NCBI GenBank assembly: GCA_024276825.1
Contig: JAJRWI010000053.1
Coordinates: 1-64,000, forward strand
Direction: 5' to 3'
Source: an archaeon
Lineage (GTDB): Archaea > Asgardarchaeota > Thorarchaeia > Thorarchaeales > Thorarchaeaceae
Length of the DNA: 64,000 nucleotides
Shown here: in pieces, positions 58,260 through 64,000 of the stretch
How the letters are laid out: each line of letters begins with the position of its first letter
Numbering within the stretch: the stretch's first letter is position 1
Made by a program: the position numbers and the translations under genes
Notes under the pieces: model-generated
The model's input: the letters and a program-made list of their open reading frames with translations, nothing else
Database searches by the model: none
What the model was told of the DNA's origin: nothing

Positions 58260-60032
58260 TCATCCGATCTCTAATTCTGATATGAGGGCCTTTGTCGGTA
58301 TGCCCTTCTCGTCCCATTTGCGAAGTTGGTAATACTTCGGAAGGAGTTCATCAAGATGAACAACACGGTTTCGGGACCCGCCCTCTGGGAGGGGCTTGAA
58401 GAAACGTTTAGGAAGCCGGTCGTCAGCTGCAGTGAGTCCTTCGCGAACATTGAACAACCGCTCCAGAGTCCATATGCGCTCACCAATCTTAAGGAATTCG
58501 TCGCCACCGATTGGGATTCCCATAGCTGCACTTATCATATCAGCATAGTCATCAATCGTCCAAGCAAAGTTTGTAAATCTACAAACGACGAGAGAGTCCA
58601 TTGCAGCCGAGAGGTTTTGGTACAATATCACAAGTTCTGGTTTTCCTTCAGTCCTGTCCCTATCAAGTCGAACGGGCGAGCCCATGACCTCTGGGCCTAT
58701 CATGTAAGAGCGTAGGTGACAGCCACCACGATTTGATGTCGCATAGCCCAATGCATGCCCCTGGGCTCCACGGGGATCATAAGCTGGAATCTCGAGACCT
58801 TTGACATGCATTGATAATTCAGGTGCGCCGTGCTTCTCCGCTAGCGATCGAGACCCTTCGGCCAGTTCTGCACCCAGGCCCCGTTTATATGCAATTGCAT
58901 CAATCATATCGAGTAATCCTTCAATTTGGCCAAAGTGAAGTTGGGACTCCATAAGCCCCTTTTCAGTTAGTTCTATTGCACAACCGATTGTGCTTCCCAC
59001 CGAGATTGTATCGAGACCATAGAGGTTACACTTATGATTTGCGAGTGTGATTGTTTCGAGGTCATTGATACCGCACTGCGGACCAAAAGCCCAGACGGTT
59101 TCATACTCAGGTCCACCAATCTCAATATCATTCACTCGTGTGATGCGACCACATCCAATGGGACACCCATGACACCGATAAGTCTTGACCAGCAGTCGTT
59201 CGAGTATTTTTTCTCCAGATACGCCCTCCGCATCGTTGAATGTGCCTTCCTGAAAATTATGTGTGGGCAACATTCCAAACTCGTTTATGAGATTGACAAG
59301 AACCGCAGTGCCATAAACAGGCAGTGCCTTGTTTGTGACTGGATTCTTCTTAATCAAAAGGCGTGCACGCTTCACCGCTGATTCCAGACTGTCTTCGTCA
59401 GACACACTGGGACTCTTTGATCCTTTTACTACTACGGCCTTAAGGCCCTTTGAGCCCATGACTGCACCAACACCACCACGACCCGCGGCTCGGTGCTTGT
59501 CATTGATTATTGCTGCAAGCTTGACCCCATTCTCGCCAGCAGGGCCTATGCAGGCCACTTGTGCTTTGGGACCTGTTTCATCTAGAAGCCGATCAGTGGT
59601 TTCGTAGGTGTCAAGACCCCACAAGTGGGTTGCGTCTTTGATCTCAACCTTATCATCATCAATCCATAGGTATGCAGGCGTTGAAGACCTTCCATGAATC
59701 ACTATTGCGACATAACCAGCCTTTCTGAGTTGAGCGCCAAAGTACCCACCACAGTGAGAATCAAATATTGTGCCTGTGAGTGGAGATTTGGTGATTACTA
59801 CAAAACGTCCAGCGGTTGGAACGGATGTTGCAGTGAGAGGACCAACTGCAAATATTAGTATATTATCGGGTGATAGAGGATCAACACCACTCTTTAGTTC
59901 ATCATAGATGAGTTTGACTCCAAGCCCACGACCACCTAGAAAGCGAAACATTATCTCTGGGGACAGATGTTCGGTCAAGGTCTTATTATCTGTAAGTGAA
60001 ACACGCAGAATTTTGAAGTTGAATTCAGACAT
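58260..60032 (-). CDS. aor: Aldehyde:ferredoxin oxidoreductase (W-pterin)
   Basis: GGRGLG, KSPLTG, GRGG.GAVMGSK, C..CPI.C, EYET, GLDTIS, R.GCH. Confidence 0.93.
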   Translation of the reverse strand: MSEFNFKILRVSLTDNKTLTEHLSPEIMFRFLGGRGLGVKLIYDELKSGVDPLSPDNILIFAVGPLTATSVPTAGRFVVITKSPLTGTIFDSHCGGYFGAQLRKAGYVAIVIHGRSSTPAYLWIDDDKVEIKDATHLWGLDTYETTDRLLDETGPKAQVACIGPAGENGVKLAAIINDKHRAAGRGGVGAVMGSKGLKAVVVKGSKSPSVSDEDSLESAVKRARLLIKKNPVTNKALPVYGTAVLVNLINEFGMLPTHNFQEGTFNDAEGVSGEKILERLLVKTYRCHGCPIGCGRITRVNDIEIGGPEYETVWAFGPQCGINDLETITLANHKCNLYGLDTISVGSTIGCAIELTEKGLMESQLHFGQIEGLLDMIDAIAYKRGLGAELAEGSRSLAEKHGAPELSMHVKGLEIPAYDPRGAQGHALGYATSNRGGCHLRSYMIGPEVMGSPVRLDRDRTEGKPELVILYQNLSAAMDSLVVCRFTNFAWTIDDYADMISAAMGIPIGGDEFLKIGERIWTLERLFNVREGLTAADDRLPKRFFKPLPEGGSRNRVVHLDELLPKYYQLRKWDEKGIPTKALISELEIG

Positions 60033-60044
60033 GGCATTGACCTC

Positions 60045-60866
60045 CTAATCATTAAAGATGTTCTCATCTCTATGGGGACATGTTATGCATCGTTGTTTGT
60101 ACCACAGATACACATCCTTTGGTTGCTTGTTAAGGTTGGCAGCCCTACTAGGGCATCTCCAGCATGGCTTTTCTGGCTGCATCCATGAGGTACTATATCG
60201 TGCCCATCTGTAGTCCTCAATGATAGACACTCCTGAACTCGTCCCCAGTCGATTGGCCCCTGCATCGATCATTATCAGAGCGTCCTTGAATGTTCTTATC
60301 CCACCAGCAGCTTTCACACCCATGGTTGAACCCACGACCTCTCTCATCAATTTCACGTCATAGGGTGTGGCGCCCATTGGACCAAAACCTGTAGATGTCT
60401 TCACAAAATGGGCACCGGCCTTCCTTGCAATCCGACATGCTTCTCGTTTCTGATCATCAATCAGCAGGCCAGTTTCAAGAATGACCTTGACATGGGCATC
60501 ACCAGATGCTCGAACAACTGCCTCAATATCAGATTGCACAAGTTCAATATTGCCATCACGAAGAGCGCCAACATTCATCACCATATCAATCTCTTCCGCG
60601 CCTAGACGAACTGCCTCTTTGGCCTCAAATGCTTTTACCGAGGACAGGTTTGTACCTAGGGGGAATCCTACTACACAGCAGACCTTGACATCTGAGTTCT
60701 TCAACAACTCTGCAGCATATTCAACATGAATAGAATTGATGCATACTGCTCCAAATTCATAGGTGAGTGCCTCTTCACATAACTGCTTGATTTTACTCCT
60801 CTTGGTATCGGCCTTGAGTGCTGTGTGATCAATCATCTTGGCAAGTTCTTCTACTGAGAGGGTCAT
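60045..60866 (-). CDS. deoC: Deoxyribose-phosphate aldolase with C-terminal 4-Cys extension
   Basis: IDHT.LK, GFPLG, EIDMV, KVILET, FVKTSTGF, KAAGGIR, R.GTS. Confidence 0.95.
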   Translation of the reverse strand: MTLSVEELAKMIDHTALKADTKRSKIKQLCEEALTYEFGAVCINSIHVEYAAELLKNSDVKVCCVVGFPLGTNLSSVKAFEAKEAVRLGAEEIDMVMNVGALRDGNIELVQSDIEAVVRASGDAHVKVILETGLLIDDQKREACRIARKAGAHFVKTSTGFGPMGATPYDVKLMREVVGSTMGVKAAGGIRTFKDALIMIDAGANRLGTSSGVSIIEDYRWARYSTSWMQPEKPCWRCPSRAANLNKQPKDVYLWYKQRCITCPHRDENIFND

Positions 60867-60944
60867 GGAAACATCTCCCTTCATAGAGAGATTAGAATAT
60901 CTTTCGAAGTCACTATTAATCCCTTCGAAAGCATACGGCCCTCA

Positions 60945-61280
60945 TTATCGATTGCCAAGATATGCACGAATGTCATCAAGGACCTCTTTCTGTAGACGGA
61001 TGACATCATGTACCTCGATTTCTTCTGCATCCTTAACAACTGTGGAGAGTTGCACAACAGTGCCAACTGCCTCAATCTTGTCAAAGTCAATTGGGAATTC
61101 CACTTCGGCACCCTTTACTATCAGTTCTGATCTAAAAGGATGAAGAGAGATGCGAATACTTCTCACAATGCCGATTCGTCTCGCCCGGCTGTCCAGCACC
61201 TCTTTTCCAAGCAGACGTCCAGGCATGCTCAGTTCGTATAGTTCAGCTTCAATAGTGGGCATTGGTTCTACACTCGTCAT
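60945..61280 (-). CDS. PRC-barrel protein
   Basis: LLGKEV.D.....IG.V..I, I.F..I..VG..V.L. Confidence 0.8.
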   Translation of the reverse strand: MTSVEPMPTIEAELYELSMPGRLLGKEVLDSRARRIGIVRSIRISLHPFRSELIVKGAEVEFPIDFDKIEAVGTVVQLSTVVKDAEEIEVHDVIRLQKEVLDDIRAYLGNR

Positions 61281-61382
61281 CGCTATTTACTCCTTGCATG
61301 TCAAATAGTGTAGATGATTATTATTATCAGTGTGTATTATGATGTGAAGAATAACAGTCTTTGATTAGTAAGAGGGAGCCAA

Positions 61383-63686
61383 ATGAAACAGAAATTTGTG
61401 AATATGCCACTGATTCGGGAGGAAAGCATTGTATACAGGGCATACCAGGTGAATCTAGCAGAGATAGCTAATGAGAAGGACACTCTGATAGTTTTGAGTA
61501 CTGGCCTTGGAAAGACTGTCATAGCCGCACTTGTCGCTGCAAAACGGCTGACTGAATATCCAGACTCAAAGGTCCTTTTCTTGGCTCCCTCCAGGCCTCT
61601 TGTTGATCAGCAGGCAAGATTCCTTAGAAGGACCGTCAGTCTGAGTAAGAATGAAATCATCTGTCTAACTGGTCAGGACTCACCAGAAAAGAGAAGGGAA
61701 CAATGGAATCAAGCAAAGATTATTGTGATGACGCCGCAGGCACTTCAAAATGACCTGATTCAAGGCAGTTATGATTTGAGTGATGTGTCGTTGATTGTCT
61801 ATGATGAGGCGCATCGTGGTGTTGGGAACTATGCTTACACATTCATTGCAGAGATATATGAAAAGCAGGGGCTTCATCAACGAAGTCTTGGTTTGACCGC
61901 TTCACCTGGTCATGATTCAGAACACATCAAAAGGGTATGTGGGAACCTGAAACTTGAAGCTGTGGAGGCAAGAACTGAGAAAAGTCCAGATGTAAAAGAG
62001 TATATTGTTTCAATTGACACTAATGTACAATATATCACTCTCACACCAGAGATTGAAACCCTCAGGGATCTGCTTTATTCATTATTAGAAGACTATCTCA
62101 ATCCAATTCGAAAATACGGTTATTCTGTACCAAGCGGTCATCGATTAAGCAAGAGAGAGATATTGGAACTCCAAAGAAATGTAAGACGTGAGATTGGGAG
62201 TTATACAAAACCACCCAGGCATCTTTATCTCATTATTCGGAACCTCACTGCCGCTCTTAGAATTGTACACCTCTTGGAGTTTATTGGTACACAAGGTCTC
62301 ACGCCAACATTGAGGTATATTCAAGGGGTCTACGAGGAAATAAGAAACAAGAAGGGCTCAAAGGGAGTCAAAGACTTGGTATCGCGTGATGAGTTCAGGC
62401 AATTTGAGAGGCTCTTAGAGGTACTCATCGAAAAGGGACACCGACATCCTAAGGCGGACCTGCTATTGGAGATAGTAAATGAACAGTTATCGATAGACCT
62501 AGACTCTAGAATATTGATCTTCACAAGATTCCGTGATACTGCATCCGAGGTTGTTAGAACTTTGGAAACCCTGCCTGATGTAAGAGCCAGTCGTTTCATT
62601 GGTCAAAGTTCTAAGACTGGTGATAAGGGATTCAGTCAGAGAAAGCAAGTGAAGGTGCTTGATGGGTTCAGAAACAACGAATACAATGTTCTAGTGGCCA
62701 CTCAGGTGGGAGAGGAGGGTCTCGATATTCCAGAGTGCAACCTAGTGATATTCTATGATTGTGTCCCATCGGTCGTGCCATATATTCAGCGGAGGGGGCG
62801 AACTGGAAGACATGCACCTGGTAGAGTTGTGATTTTTGTGGCTAAGGACACACATGATGAGTTCTACCATTGGAGCGTGATTTCAAAGCTGAAAAGGATG
62901 CCCAAGGCCCTTGAGGAGGTTGGTGGAGATGAGAGAGAGCAGACTAGGCTAGATCATTTCATAGATCAAGAGGACACTCGAGAAGAGGCAGAGCTGGGTT
63001 CTGGGACAAGAGAAGAAAAGCAGGTCATGGGTAGTGAGAGCAGGATACAAATCATTGTGGATTCCAGGGAGTTGCCAACTGGTGTCCCGCGAGAGTTGGC
63101 CAAACTGGATGTTAAAATAACTAGTGAGAGCCTTAATGTGGGAGACTATATCATTTCTGACGAGGTTGCAGTGGAGAGAAAAGAAACAGGGGATTTTGTG
63201 CAATCATTGATTGATGGTCGCCTCTTTGGCCAATTGTCTGCCCTCAGATCAACCTATTTGCGGCCCGTGTTGATAATAGAAGGGGAGCAACTCGTAGGCC
63301 TTAGAGCCGTGAACCCTGCTTCAATCTACGGAGCTCTTGCATCTATTGCCATTCGACTCAGAATTCCGATACTGTGGACAAGAGATTCGAGGGAAACTGC
63401 AAATGTGCTTTATCGTCTTGCACATCTTGAACAGATTAGTGAGAGAAGAATGCCACGTACAAGACCCACAGAGGGCAAGGCTACTGACGCAGAGACCTTA
63501 GAGTATATACTTGCAGGGTTTCCAGGTGTTGATACGGTCATATCGAGGGCATTATTGAATGAGTTTGGGACCTTAGGAAGAGTCTTTAATGCTTCAGTTA
63601 AAGAACTACAAAAAGTAAAAGGGGTCGGGCCGAAGATTGCTGGTCGAATCAAGAGGTTGCTAGAAACTGAGTACCGCTTAGGTTGA
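61383..63686 (+). CDS. hef: Hef helicase-nuclease (FANCM/XPF family)
   Basis: TGLGKT, DEAH, TASPG, QRRGRTGR, DSRE, ERK...D, HhH2. Confidence 0.95.
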   Translation: MKQKFVNMPLIREESIVYRAYQVNLAEIANEKDTLIVLSTGLGKTVIAALVAAKRLTEYPDSKVLFLAPSRPLVDQQARFLRRTVSLSKNEIICLTGQDSPEKRREQWNQAKIIVMTPQALQNDLIQGSYDLSDVSLIVYDEAHRGVGNYAYTFIAEIYEKQGLHQRSLGLTASPGHDSEHIKRVCGNLKLEAVEARTEKSPDVKEYIVSIDTNVQYITLTPEIETLRDLLYSLLEDYLNPIRKYGYSVPSGHRLSKREILELQRNVRREIGSYTKPPRHLYLIIRNLTAALRIVHLLEFIGTQGLTPTLRYIQGVYEEIRNKKGSKGVKDLVSRDEFRQFERLLEVLIEKGHRHPKADLLLEIVNEQLSIDLDSRILIFTRFRDTASEVVRTLETLPDVRASRFIGQSSKTGDKGFSQRKQVKVLDGFRNNEYNVLVATQVGEEGLDIPECNLVIFYDCVPSVVPYIQRRGRTGRHAPGRVVIFVAKDTHDEFYHWSVISKLKRMPKALEEVGGDEREQTRLDHFIDQEDTREEAELGSGTREEKQVMGSESRIQIIVDSRELPTGVPRELAKLDVKITSESLNVGDYIISDEVAVERKETGDFVQSLIDGRLFGQLSALRSTYLRPVLIIEGEQLVGLRAVNPASIYGALASIAIRLRIPILWTRDSRETANVLYRLAHLEQISERRMPRTRPTEGKATDAETLEYILAGFPGVDTVISRALLNEFGTLGRVFNASVKELQKVKGVGPKIAGRIKRLLETEYRLG

Positions 63687-63691
63687 TTCAG

Positions 63692-64000
63692 TTAGTAGAC
63701 CTCTGGATTGGCACCACGACCTGTTTGAAAGGCCTTTCGAAAACGTTCAATTATCTCACGGTCGAGTTCTAGGTAGCGGCTATAATCTGTGTTATCAAGG
63801 GTTATTATGCTGAGAATCTTGAGGAGAATCATGTACAGTGCGGGGTCAATCTGATCTGCCTTATTCAATATCTTCTTTGCTCGATCGCGTCCTTTTTTCA
63901 ATAGATTGTCTCTTTCTACATATTGTTCAGCAAGTTTTACCATTTCTTCATAATTAGAGATCTCAAAACCTAATATTCTGAGTGTCTTCACTAGGTCAAG
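63692..64000 (-). CDS. Hypothetical protein, C-terminal part (runs off window)
   Basis: Open frame to the window edge, converging on hef. Confidence 0.55.
   Translation of the reverse strand, partial: LDLVKTLRILGFEISNYEEMVKLAEQYVERDNLLKKGRDRAKKILNKADQIDPALYMILLKILSIITLDNTDYSRYLELDREIIERFRKAFQTGRGANPEVY

Noticed and set aside
1-64000. CRISPR array, rRNA, transposase, integrase or provirus
   Set aside because: No regularly spaced repeats, rRNA signatures, recombinase motifs or duplicated tRNA 3' ends were noticed by eye.

Overview
Archaeal chromosomal window, most consistent with an Asgard archaeon (probably Thorarchaeota-like). This is an inference from a type IB topoisomerase, a ribophorin-I-like protein, an OB+winged-helix RPA32, FtsZ, the glycine cleavage P subunits and archaeal r-protein clusters. 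Most of it is core genome: rpp21-yhbY-S19e-L39e-L31e-eIF6-LX-pfdA-ftsY; ftsZ-secE-spt5-L11-L1-P0-P1; aIF1A-rio1-dim2-top6BA; nmd3, aIF2beta, RPA, fen1, EF1beta, cdc48, hef. There are seven tRNA genes, all with encoded CCA; two carry introns, one at a non-canonical site. Standout observations: (1) an AT-rich variable locus at 1.7-4.5 kb made of two tandem units, each [tRNA-Val promoter copy]-[unrelated cargo]-[3' end of the same core gene], with no integrase in the window; the second cargo resembles a glycine-zipper toxin plus membrane immunity pair; (2) a 979-aa ribophorin-I-like protein with a DOMON-like domain interrupted by an FKBP domain, head-to-head with the dolichol-P GlcNAc-1-P transferase; (3) an unannotated structured RNA after tRNA-Leu; (4) Spt5 with a zinc-finger insertion; (5) tRNA-Gln overlapping the trm112 stop codon; (6) deoC with a 4-Cys tail next to AOR. 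Single-base frameshifts in topIB and rpl11 are probably sequencing errors. All calls are by eye, without database searches.
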